The translations under genes and the position numbers were made by a program. The notes under the pieces were generated by a model that saw only the letters and a program-made list of their open reading frames with translations, was not told where the DNA came from and ran no database searches. This document shows, in pieces, positions 52,564-64,000 of a DNA stretch of 64,000 nucleotides (position 1 is its first letter; every line of letters starts with the position of its first letter). Source of the DNA: Kondoa subrosea (taxonomy: Eukaryota); the NCBI GenBank assembly GCA_039545335.1, contig BCIN01000001.1, positions 2,483,136 to 2,547,135 of the forward strand. Reading direction: 5' to 3'.

Positions 52564-55500
52564 TCAACCCTCGAAGATATCGGCTTCTATAGATTCTATT
52601 ATACAATCCCAATCTATCACTTGACAAGCGTAGATACTTTCGTAGCTGCTTAAGCTGATACGGGAGAAGAAAGGTTCCAAAGGCGTCAGGGAATCGAGTT
52701 TCGTAGCTAGCCGGACTTGAGACAGAAGAGGTTGACGTAATGAGTTGGTCGATGTTACTGTAGAGGAAGGTTGAATTCGAGGAGTATCCTTCGCATGCAA
52801 GTTGAGAAAAATGACAGCGACGACATTGCAGCAAGGACTCACCATAATCTTACTTGTCGGCTGTTGGTGTAGGATCTCATTTAGTCTGTCAACAATAGCT
52901 TGTGGTGACCAATTTTCGGGTGGATATATCGCATCGACCGTGTCAGTTACAAACATCCATTGATGACTGTCGTTTGATGAGCTGAGGCTTTGTTATACGA
53001 ATAAGGAGAGACTTACATCTGAAAGTCTTCTGTCTGAAGAACTAAGAGTAGATCAAGGAATTTGCAAGCCGAGAGTATAAGTTGAAGGTATTCCGATGAA
53101 GTTTGATTAAGATCGTCGAGAAGACTCTCGAACAATCGCAACTGCGCAGATTTTATTAGAAACAAGATATGTCAGCATTGCAGTACCACCTCACCAGTTC
53201 AGTCAATATGATTGGCCAGAAACTGCTCAAATGCTGCTCGCCTATACGACACAGCAGGACCCTCAAGCAGAGATAGACCTGTTCCCAGTGTCAGTAGAAT
53301 ACATACGGCACTAAATAGGAGGACGTACTTCACTATGAACAATGTCTCCAACGCTTGCTCGCAATATTTCGACTACTTTTTCTTGTATAGCCGGCAGCTG
53401 AACCAAGTAGGCGTTCTTTTCGCCTGCCAGTATCGCGTACGACAGCCTTCTCAAGCTGAGAGCGCGACTGAGCATTTCCAGCTCGCGATTTGTGAAGATA
53501 TTTGCGGATGAGGCGGTCGAGACTTTCTCTGACCACAAAGTTGCCTTTAGTACAGATAACAAATCAACAGCGAGATGTCTTACGAATAAGATCTGGAAAG
53601 CGTTCTTTGTCCGATGTCATGAGCGCGTGGACGATAGGTTTCCAATTGCAACTTATTGCTGGAGAGCTATCGAAGAAGCGATTGTCTTGGAAAACGTCAG
53701 TGACCGTAGCTCTCCAGGCCCGGATAGCTGCAGGATGCTTCGTCATTTCTTGAAGTAGTTCAAGTATATCTTCATCGACAGCAAATGTCTTTAAACGAGT
53801 CTTGAAGGCAGGATTGATACAGTAATAGACGATGTTGCCACACAAAAGGTTGACTTTGTCAGCTTCCAATAAGAAGCGCTTCAGATTGGGCAAGAAACAT
53901 TTGCACAGGAATTGGTTCAGCTGTGAACAGGTCAGCCCATAGCATGCATCACCGAAAGTTTCACCCTACCTCTCGTACAGCAGAAGTAGCAGATGTATCT
54001 GCGCCGGCCGGCGGTGCAGTTTGCGCTGACTTCTCATCCACTATGCCGTTTGTATTGCCAGCAATTGCTAGATTGGCAGAAGGCATTTTACGCAGACCTA
54101 TGCCCCCACGATTTGCCAGCGGTACTGTGACATCACCCAGTTTTGTGATAGTGTCCTAGGAAATGTCAGAAAAGTTCCATAGAAGGGGCAATCTCACACA
54201 TACTTGTAAATCCCTGCGCATTCGACGGTCTTCCAGTGCCGAAGTCTGAGAAACCTTGATGCACAAGGTAGTGAAGCATCTACAATACTGATAAGAGCGG
54301 TCAGGCTGTAGTGAACTGAGACCTTACTTCCAAGTAGGTAATAAGGCGAAGCGATGTGACATTGCCTGATTGAGCATATCTTTGGCAAAGGCCAGAGCTG
54401 CGGGCCAGGCTTGCACAGCGCCTGGACCTTCGAGCGATTCCAAATAGCTATTCAGGAAGTTGAACAGCGATGTGTATGCTCTGTAGGAGCTGATTAGTCA
54501 GAGCTCGGAAATTCACACAAACATACAAGTCGGGGTTCGTGACGACAACTCGATGCTTTGTATCAGGTGGTGGTAGTCTTGCTCTCAGTAGCTCGCATGT
54601 ATTGAGCACTACAGTATGATGATTGGGAACCAAATGTCCGACGATGGTGAATAAACGTGTTTGTTGCGTTGACTCGTTCTGCTATCATAAGCAATCAAAT
54701 CTGCTCTTAAGTCATATTATAGACTTACCAAAGATCTATCACTTGCATTGTCGTGATATAGGATGATGTCCTCCAGCGATTCTGATGGACACGCTTTATG
54801 CAGCCTTTCAAGGCATTTACGGGTGCGGCTGCTGACACGCTCTAAAACTTGCGTTCTTGTGGAGCTGAGATCTTCTTGTGGGATCTGAAGACTGGTCGAG
54901 ACATCCCATGCGCGGAGTAACACATGGACAACTCCCTCGAGATGTTGGACTACTTGCGATTTAGTCTGTGTCGGATTGAGTCTAGATTACTGAGGTACGG
55001 CAGACAATCCTACCTTGGGCATTTCCGACGTCTTGATGCCGTCCGAAGCTCCCAGCACTCCAGTAACATACCCAAGAAACCCGCTTGTCTCCGTTGCTGT
55101 ATTATCTCCACCTATCGAATCGAGGTGAGGCGAGTTGATATTCTTGGACTCTTCTACTACCAAAAGCATCAAGCGTTCCAAAGCACCAACTAGCGCGACA
55201 AAGTCTGCATCTGTGGTATTGCTTGCTGCTTTCTTGCCTTTGACTGCTAAGTCATAGGTAGCTTGAATTTCGTCGATATAACGGGAGATACACTTGACGA
55301 GGCAATCGATGAGAGGCATCAAAATGGAACCACTTGCGTCTTTCAGTTGAGGAATTGACATGAACAGAAAATCGACCCAATAGTGTATTGTAGCACTGTC
55401 ATGGCCTTTGGTAATCCCCTCTTGCAATACCAAGGGAAGAAGGTCATCTTGCGGAGAAGAGTTGTCCAACTTGTCATGCCTGCTGTCTGATGATATTCGA

Positions 55501-58500
55501 TTGATGCGAGTGCGTTTCCGCTGAAAAGCTGAAAGACCTTGGAAAGTAGCATGGAGAGCATGCAGGAGCTTGTTTTGGAGGTCCAGCTGTTCGCGGTCGA
55601 TACATATGAGCAATCGCGACAACAGGCAAACTTGAATCTTGTACAGGAGAGACTGATCAATCTCTCCTCGTTGTATGACGACTTGCAGTATATCCGTTGC
55701 TGCCAAATGAATCTGTAGGTTTAGTCCTTCCATGACAGAACTCAGCTCTTCCGTCGGATCAGATGACAGAAAGTTGACCATGACTAGACAAGTTGCGTCT
55801 AGATAGGTAGTTGATGACATGGCGTTCGCCTCCGCCAACTGTTTTAGAGCAGAATAAGCCGTAGATGAAAGTTGAGCGCCTTTTGCCGTCCTCTGAAAGC
55901 CCGCTCCTCGAGTCAAGAAAAGATTGTGAAGGGTGGAAAGAGCGTAGTGACATTGGGCTTGATCAAAGTTAAATCGATATTCGTTCATTGACAGAGTTTG
56001 GCCGCATAGACTTATTTGCCGTGGACTTCTTCTGATGCGAGTATGTAATAACATCACCAGAACGGGATCCAGAAGCCTAGGATAGATCATCAATAGTGCG
56101 CAACGGCTATAAAGAAGAATTCACCGAAGATAGCTTTTGAAGCTACAGCGCATCCATGCTTCAGCAGCTCTGCGTGTAGTGAGGCTATCGCTTCGTACCC
56201 CGTCTAGAACGAGGAACAGAGGTGCGGTCAGATATTGGGAGGGAAGCGACGAATCCTCTACTTCTCACTGTCAGTCTCTTCTTTGACGCAAGGAAGCTCA
56301 TGCACGCACCTGACGTCCGCCAAAGGTTTCCAAATGCATCGTGGCCGTCAGATCGTGTCTTCTCGTCAGATGAGGTCATCTGTTCGCAAATAATGGCTTC
56401 AAGGTGATTGACCTGAGTGACAGAATGAACCAGCCATATCAAGCGGGTGGTTTCGACAGAGAATGGTAGACGATCAGCAACAAGGAAGGAAAGCAATCTA
56501 TGTACGATGGTTCTGACAAGCGATCGCGAGTCGATGTCAAGGACAGGTTGAATGGGTGACTGATGCAAGGCTACTATGGCTTGAACAATCTGTGAGACAG
56601 TTTCGAAATCTTCTGATGACTGATCTAGGTTTGCAAACGTAGATAAGACAGCGATGACCCATTCTTGCGGCTGCCAGTCGATTTGAGTTTCTTTTTCGAG
56701 AGCTGCGGTGATCAGCGAGATGGCATCGCAAAGAGAACTGAGGAGGCCCATTGAAGATTTTTCAGTATCAAGGGATAGTGCTAGTGAGCTTGTAAGGCGA
56801 AGAAGCACCGCTAAGCCTTGGGTAGAAAGAGTGATCGAGAGTGTTTCGGCGGGTAACGAAGCTTGTTTGATGTCCGTCGACTGATAGAAGGTAGTCGCGA
56901 TATCCAAGGATGCTCCCGTAGAGTAAGAAGGCGTCACTTGAACGGCCCTGGATGCAGTATAAAAGTCGACAGGTATATCGTCTAGCAAATTGTGAAGAAG
57001 TTGACATGCAACCTTGTGCTTCAGTGGGAAGTCGCCGGCAGAACTTATGGAGATCTGAAGTAGTTGATGAGCTATAGAAACGAATGATCAAACAAGTCTT
57101 TACCTCCAACAGGTCGAGAAGCGAATATGCGAAGATTGGCAGATGAACGCGCAGAATCTCTTCTTCGTGTAGCTTGAACGTTTTTAGGACGAAGATGACC
57201 AATTCGATGTTCTGAGTCCGTATGTCTGAGTTCAATCCGTTGACAAACAAGATCAAAGCCATACCTCTGATTGATCCGCTGCATCTTGCATATCTTTCTT
57301 GACGGCATCAAAAAGCATCTTCCAGGTCAGATATGGGTCCAGCCCTTCCCAGAGCACGCCAGCCGTAACTCGCAATTCTTCTTTCCCTGTTTCACCCTCC
57401 AAGGCTTTGCGTAATGCGCGAAAGGTGTCCAAAACCAAAGCTTCAGTGAGAGGGTAACCAATTTCCCATTTATCTAATAAGGCGACAAATATTCTGAAGG
57501 GTCTTTGCTCGCTCGCCTCCATTTCTTGCTTCAGCGCAACGCAAACGATATCCAATCCGTTCGCTCTGAGGTAATCGACCGCATTCTCTTGATCGTTGCC
57601 TAAAAGCCAGTGATGTAATCTTCTACTTAGACTGAGGTCTCTTTTTAGTACCACTCCGAGCAGAGAGCGCACGAGCAGAATCTGATCATCTTTTCTTACT
57701 TCTTGCTTAAATCCTTCTCCATCCATTTGAAGCAGATTCAATAACAGATCCAATATTCCACGTTGAACCAGAACTCTTCCATCATCTATCGCAGCTGCGA
57801 ATCCTCTAACCATCAAACCCACGTCTTGTCCCACAAGAGGACTTAATGCTTCTTCTTTCCCTAAAGCAGGTAATCTTTTGCTCAAATAGTTCAAAGCTGC
57901 CACTCGAGAATTAGGGCTAGTGAGTAAGATGAGCCAAAGGTGTTGAAAGAAGAAAGCAGGATCCACAACTCCTGAGATCGAGTCGAGCAAAGATGAACAT
58001 TTGTCAAAGAATTCGGAAGTCTCTTCATCCACGCCTGGTAGAAGCGCTAAGATGAAAGCTTTTGTTACTGGTCGTAGAGCAGATGAAAGTGGAAGGTAGA
58101 ATTTCGAATAAATGCCCAAGACGATGGGCTACAAAAGAGAATTCAGCGCAAGACGAATGGACGCTTATAGCAATTAACTCACGCGAACAGATGTAGCTGC
58201 GAACTGGAAGAAGGGAAAAAGACCTGAAGACCATGCTGCCAGATCATACCGCAAGTTATCAGGCTGCAGTCTTCGCATCAGAACTGACGACACTGTAGAA
58301 GATTGCTGACATACACCTATAGTATTGAGTATATGGACATAGACGTCCAAAGCGCGTTGATGTACGCCAGTAGGTAGAGCTGGATTTAAGCATTGCGCCA
58401 ATCTCTTCGCTACAGTGAGTTTGTGAGGAATGATCTGAAACTGCGGATATGCTTGTAGTGTCTGTATTATTACACACAGATTGAATTCCAGCGATAGACA

Positions 58501-58771
58501 TGAAACAGAGTGAATTGACCTTGAGCAGTCTCGCCAAGAAAGTGATGAAGTCCGCCCATTCAGCTACAGATTCAAACAGTGCCAGGGACCTTTCGACTGA
58601 AGCTTGATATTTGCGATACTTTGGATCCGCCAGCAGAACTGTTTCAACCACAACATTCATGCATTTCGTTTCCTGGTACTCATGCCAGCTGCAAGGCTCA
58701 CCCTTCTCTTGTCTAGCATAGGGCGTCACAGCAGCCTGTCTGATACTCCCAGTCGAGCCACTCCTGATCAT
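52564..58771 (-). CDS. DOP1: Dopey/Dop1 trafficking protein
   Basis: DPKYRKYQASVERSLALFE..EWADFI, AQCLNPALPTGVHQRALDVY, LLPGVDEE, LVQRGILDLL, RDLSLSRRLHHWLLG, LRRLSYAILAGEKN. Confidence 0.93.
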
Positions 58772-58909
58772 TCAAGGCTGCGAGAGTCGAGTCGAATTGG
58801 TTGAAGAGCAACGTCGAGCAACCGCATCTAATCCGTACAATCCCCATGTACTCTTTCCTCGAGACGCGCTTTACCACCACCCATACGGTATGTCAATCCC
58901 CGATATCAA

Positions 58910-59035
58910 ACTAAAGTTTTAACCGGAGGTCATCCAAAAAATGCATATCGTTCAAAACCACATAGCCCGAAGGATCACACGTGACCTGGAATGCCAGTTA
59001 AGGACAACTAAAACGACTTATGTCTTCAAGAGGTT
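58910..59035 (-). ncRNA. Candidate omegaRNA scaffold downstream of the Fanzor-like gene
   Basis: Nested stems found by eye, including a cUUCGg tetraloop, 3' of the Fanzor-like stop codon; boundaries uncertain. Confidence 0.4.
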
Positions 59036-59219
59036 GTTGAGCAATGGGGTGTTGGAGAGTAGATGAAACAATCGAGCCAACACTTGAGTACAGAAAGAGC
59101 AAACAATAAGCATCTGTCAAATACTGATGTCAGAGCAGCATATTGAGAGCCTTTGTTTTGGTCTCACATTGACTCATAACCCAGAATGCATGCTTGACTT
59201 GCCAAAGTACCAAAACGAT

Positions 59220-62200
59220 TCAAGCTCGAGAACGTTTATCGAGGTGATTGAGATAGTACGGATTGGCTGGAGTTCCTCCTCTCTGATCAACCCAATTCCC
59301 TGCTGCTCTAACATCTCTTTCTTTTTGCCTGATGTAAGGCAAAGAAGCAGGATAAGCGTTATGAGCAGGTAATTGTCCAGACCTCATGAAAGCAATGCCA
59401 TTGTCTCTTATATTACTTGCTGCTGCGCCATCTCTAGGTCTGAGAGATCTCAATTGATTGGTCTGAGGAGGAGGAACATGACGAGCGTATTGACCAGGTG
59501 GTAGTTGCCGAGGAGGAGTAGCTTGAGAGGTAATGTAATTGATAGCGCCATTGATGTTTACGTTCGGCGGTTGAGTTGGTGGACAGATAGTGCAACCAAC
59601 TAATCTCGTTGCTTCCTTATCCTCGGTTTCGTTATGAGCAGAAGTAGGGCGAAGTGATCCATCAGGTATAATGCAATGCTTGCGCAGTTTGTGATTGCCT
59701 GGACCAGGAGGTCGAGCATATTTGGTCCTAATATTGGCCAATCAGGAACAATGTACTTGGTGCAAATATGCGACTCACTTATGTCCTACCGGGCAAACGT
59801 AAACTTTGCTCTTGATCTTGACGCCTTTATGAGGTGTGAGACCAGAGAGTAGTTCGGAAGGATCAGCGCCAGGTAAAGGAGGAGGAAGGCCATGATCCAA
59901 AGAAGCAGAAGAAGTGCAGCATGTTTGAGTCGTATCATACTTTGGTACGGTAACAACGCTATATCGACCTTGCACAGCGCTGCCTCGAGCAAATCCCTTA
60001 AAGAGATGCGTGAGAAAGCGTTCGGATATGAAAAGCCAGCATATATACCTTTTGAGCAGCGGATCTTTTCCCTCTCGCAGCTGAACCATAACCCTCTTCC
60101 CAAAACAGTACAGCATCTTTCCAGGGCTCCTTCGGTTCTCTTTCTACAGTAGGAATCATCTTTCTCTGCTTCCGCTTTGCTTTCTTTTTCGCACGCCATC
60201 TTCTTCGCTTCCGATTTTCCCTGAATACCAGAGACTGTCCTTCTTCTAGGAAATGGTAGTGAGAGAGGTTGAAAGCATTGTAACGATAAGCTTTGGCATG
60301 AGTATGAGCTTTAGCCCCAACACGGTCGAAATGACGGGATGACGCTTTCAAGATAGGATTGGTGAAACGACTCATAGGTCGCCAATGATCGCAATGCAGA
60401 GAGAAGTAATCTGAAAGACCTTCCAGGCCTCTTTGGTAGAGCTTGGCTACTCCATCAGCCAGTTGTTGTTGGCGTTCATCATAAGTAAAGACTTCAGGCA
60501 ATGAGCCATTAGCTATCCAAGTTCGGACATTCTTGGCTCGAGCTGCAGCGATCATCCTCTCATCTCTTGCTGACAAACACTGTTCTCCCATGAATTTACC
60601 AGAAATCGCTCGCCTATGACTCTTGAATTCCTTTACTGCCATCTCATATTCATAATTATAAGTTCCTTGACTAATCTGACCAGTGTTCAGCTCTTGGTCT
60701 AATCGAATCAAAGTTGCGGAAAGGTCTTGTCTAGCTTCTCCCAGATTCTTGTCAACAGATTGAGTCAGAAATGTTTGACCTGGATCAACACCAGCAGCTT
60801 TTTGGGCACCAGGAGCTGGTGTGTCAAGGAATTGTTGAGCTGGCATACGAGGATTATTGTGAAGAGTAGTAAGGAAGCCTTCATGGTTGGTATCAGGGAA
60901 GACTTGATTCGGCAGAGGCATATTTTGACCTATGTTCCGTCTTTCGCTGAGTTCTGCGTAAGTAGCAACTCGATTCGCTATAGCTAGATGTGGCTTTCGA
61001 CGAAGTTGTTCTGCAGTAGGCTTATATTCGAAACAAATTTGCATCTCTTTGTCGCCATCTGATTTGAAATAGAGCTTAGTGAGAGGCAACTGCTCTTTAC
61101 ACTTGTTGAAATAGAACTTTCTTCCCTCTTCATCGCATTGCAAAGCCCAAACATTAGGAAAAGCAGTTACTTTGCCAGTGTCTTCATCTTGATGTTTGAA
61201 GAAATGAGCCATATACGCGATTTGGTCCTCTTCTGCTGCTCTAAGTGTTGGCATACGAAGGACATTCCGCTGTCCAATATTATTGAGCTCAGTCGCGCGA
61301 ATTGAATCAACCAACTTACTTGTGTCAAGATTTGAAGGTTCTCCAACTTGATGGCAGGCAAAGAATGGTATTTGTGTTGTACAGCAGGTACAATGATACC
61401 CCTTAGTATTTTGTAATTGACGAGCAGAATTTCTCTTTTCATTTCGGTCTTGCGCGGCGCCATCTTGAGGTGAGAGAAAGGTGGTTCGACTTCGCCTTCA
61501 TCGTTTGTAGCTAACACAACGGCACGGGTAGACATATAGACCATTATAAGAGCAGCTGGTTCATAGAGTACATCGTTGTTTTCAATTATGGTTGACCAGT
61601 CTGCTGCATATCGCTTGAGTTGAAATCTTGCATTGCTTACTGATTCAGGGAGAGGATTAGGAGCGCCTGCTATCGCTTTGAGGTGTTTGTTGCCCAAGGT
61701 TCTTGCAGGGTCCAAAGCCCAGACTAGTAAAGAATATAGTCGCATAAGGGAGTTTACAATTATCTGGCGATCCGCTTGACTGTATTGGAAGAGAGAATTT
61801 CCGTTCTCGTCGAAGAAGGCATGATGATCTGGCCCCCAATTGTACAAGACCATTTGACCTTGAACGTGAAAATTGGCCACGTAAAGTGGTTGAAAATAGA
61901 TGTGAATGATTATTGCCAGTTCCGCCATCTCAACTTCTGGAAATTCAAGAGCCGCTAGCTCTAATTGTATAAGCTTGAGAAGGCTAGAGTCGAACTTGTG
62001 GGTGTAAAAGCCTTTGACTTCGCCCATCAACATAGGCGCTTGACTTTGCTTGAGCCATGTCCATGATTGGTCTCTAGAAGGATGATGCAGTTCGGAAAGA
62101 TCAATTTTGTCGAAAGGAGCGTTTGGAGGTGCAAGATCAGGAAAAGCAAAGTTAGCAGGCTTCTGTGTAGTGAGCCCAGGTTGTATGCAGTGTAGGTAAG

Positions 62201-62666
62201 AAACATCAAGGTGATTGAGCTGAGGGCTATTGGGTTGTACGTTATCTTGTACTGTTTTCAAAACAGCTTCCCCAAAAGGTGCGTCGAAGTGAATTGACGG
62301 CCTAACACCGGTAGAAATTGGTAAAGGCTCGTCTCCAACTGGAATGTGAAGGAAAGGCACCACTCCAGGCGGATTTGGAGTCAAAGTAATTTCAGTAGTA
62401 GCGAAATTCTGATAAGGCAGTAAAGGTGCGTTTGCTGTTGCGACGGCAAGATTGTGATTTATAAGAAAAGCATAGGCACCTCTTCTAAGATGAGCTTGAA
62501 CCAGATATAGCGCCACGTAATGCCAGTGAGTCCAGGTGCCCGCGGTTGCTTTTACTTCGGCTTTAAAGCGCAAGACACCTTTACCGCCAAGCATACTTTC
62601 GGAAAGAGAGCTTCGAGGCGTTCCATGCCTCCTCGTTTTTCGTTTCAAAGTTCTACTTGCAGGCAT
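59220..62666 (-). CDS. Fanzor1/TnpB-like RuvC-domain protein, 4 coding exons, ~1097 aa
   Basis: Exons 62666-61320, 61269-60049, 59996-59779 and 59727-59220 total 3294 nt in frame. Motifs FKSDG..MQICF (WED TDG-like), AAGVDPG (RuvC-I), VLFWEEG..RGKRS, VVTVPKYDTTQTCC, Cys-rich zinc-finger-like region, RPRDGAAASNI (RuvC-III). Confidence 0.8.
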
Positions 62667-64000
62667 AGTGGGTCTATCAGCAGGATCAGCAAAGAGGCAA
62701 CGAGCATCTCGTTCACTCACAGTTTTCAGAGGACAGTGCGGACAGATAGACAACGAAACAAGTAGATGACAAAATTTAGCTCACTGTACAACCTATCTCA
62801 GCTATACTGAGCAGACTGCGGTCCAGCTCAACTTACAAGGTGCCCAAAATGAGCTGTTGCCCGACGCACAAATTCGTCAGACTGGTCTCTTCAATAAGCA
62901 GGTACAACTCACAAATGTGAAGATGATGATACAACGTTGATTCTCGATGGTATATTGCCAAAGTATGAGGTCTGTGCAAGGAAAATAAGGAAAATTGGGT
63001 TGCATAATTCGGGAAGCATGACTCACGCTTGATGCTAGAGAATACGGAGTACCAACGTGCGAACAAAGAATTGTATTTCAGATACAAACGAAACGTTTGA
63101 AATAGTCAAGTCAAACTTGAGACGAAATTTGCGAAAGAAGATAAAAAGAAGAAGCACAAAGATACAGCGAGAGTCAGACCAGCTTCAAGTATGCTCGCGA
63201 AGAGAGCTAGAGCATTTGTCCGTCGTGGTAGAGATAGACAGACAGACACAATTTTTCTCAGATATAGCGAGACAGGTCCGGTTGAATGCGACGCGGCAGA
63301 ACAAGTGCACACGTACAAATGCAGTGTATCGCACAGTCCTTGTAAAGCGCTAATGATAAAAGTCTACACCGGAAGAAGGTCAAAGCTTTGCTCTTTCGAA
63401 AATCACAAAGGCAAAAAATGGAAAGGCAAGTCAATCCGTACCCAGACTTGAAGCGATTCTGAATAGGCCATTCTGACGGCCTCGATACGATCAACACAGC
63501 TGTGGTCTTCGTTTAGCCAGAGCTTAACGAGGGAAACGTATAGACATATCTCCCAGGCTTCCTTTTGGTTTTGGCAATAAGATAGAGCTCAGAACAGCAG
63601 AACAGAAGGCATGAACATTATCAAAGGATACCAGTCAAAGCGAGGAGGAGGATATCAGTCAAAGCGAAATAACAGATCCAAGCTTGTTCGAACGAATCTT
63701 TCTTCGCGTCTTTGTCCGCCCAAGCGGAAGTTTGTCAGCAAGAAGGTCTTTCAGCCTCAAGTACTGTGATCGAAAGGAGCTTTTATCGTGTTGCGTCGCA
63801 ATCAATAGGTTCGTTGCTTAAAAGAAGGCTCCTGTGCGAAATTCAAACGACTTTTGTGCTGAAACGATTCAGTCAGAAGCTCAGACTTGTGATTTGAGTA
63901 CTCTCGGGCACCTATAAACACCTCTGACACAATCCTAGCCTAGTGGGTAATTCTCCTTCTTACTTTGAACTCGAAGCTGAAATCAAACAGCAGAGAAAGA

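Noticed and set aside
58830..58905. CAATCCCC repeated twice and small hairpins as a TSD or Helitron-type end
   Set aside because: Too short; no matching partner at the other side of the gene and no terminal CTRR at the expected spacing.
59775..61320. Frameshifted pseudogene or programmed frameshift between the 528-, 438-, 113- and 173-aa ORFs
   Set aside because: Each frame change is exactly resolved by a canonical 50-52-nt GT-AG intron.
1..64000. CRISPR array, tRNA or rRNA genes
   Set aside because: No regularly spaced repeat-spacer pattern or recognisable structural RNA gene seen by eye; tRNAscan/Infernal were not run.

Overview
Gene-dense, intron-rich (~50-nt GT-AG introns) fungal DNA; gene content and style suggest a basidiomycete yeast (inference). 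About 22 genes, mostly housekeeping: urease, class IV chitin synthase, Tof1/Timeless, MFS sugar porter, PP2C, CDF transporter, aldehyde dehydrogenase, RluA-type pseudouridine synthase, RPN5, a peroxisomal carrier, two nucleotide-sugar transporters, NDUFA13 and DOP1. Two features stand out. (1) Four apparently frameshifted minus-strand ORFs at 59220-62753 splice via three canonical introns into one ~1097-aa Fanzor1/TnpB-like RuvC protein. Its RuvC-II arrangement is atypical (Glu at the ancestral TnpB position, Lys at the Fanzor position), and a structured omegaRNA-like segment lies ~200-300 nt downstream. (2) A ~1.63-kb inverted duplication (21030-22662 / 44122-45757) carries an orphan 251-aa gene, brackets ~21.5 kb of genes and shows mosaic identity. 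All family calls come from motif recognition by eye; no searches were run.
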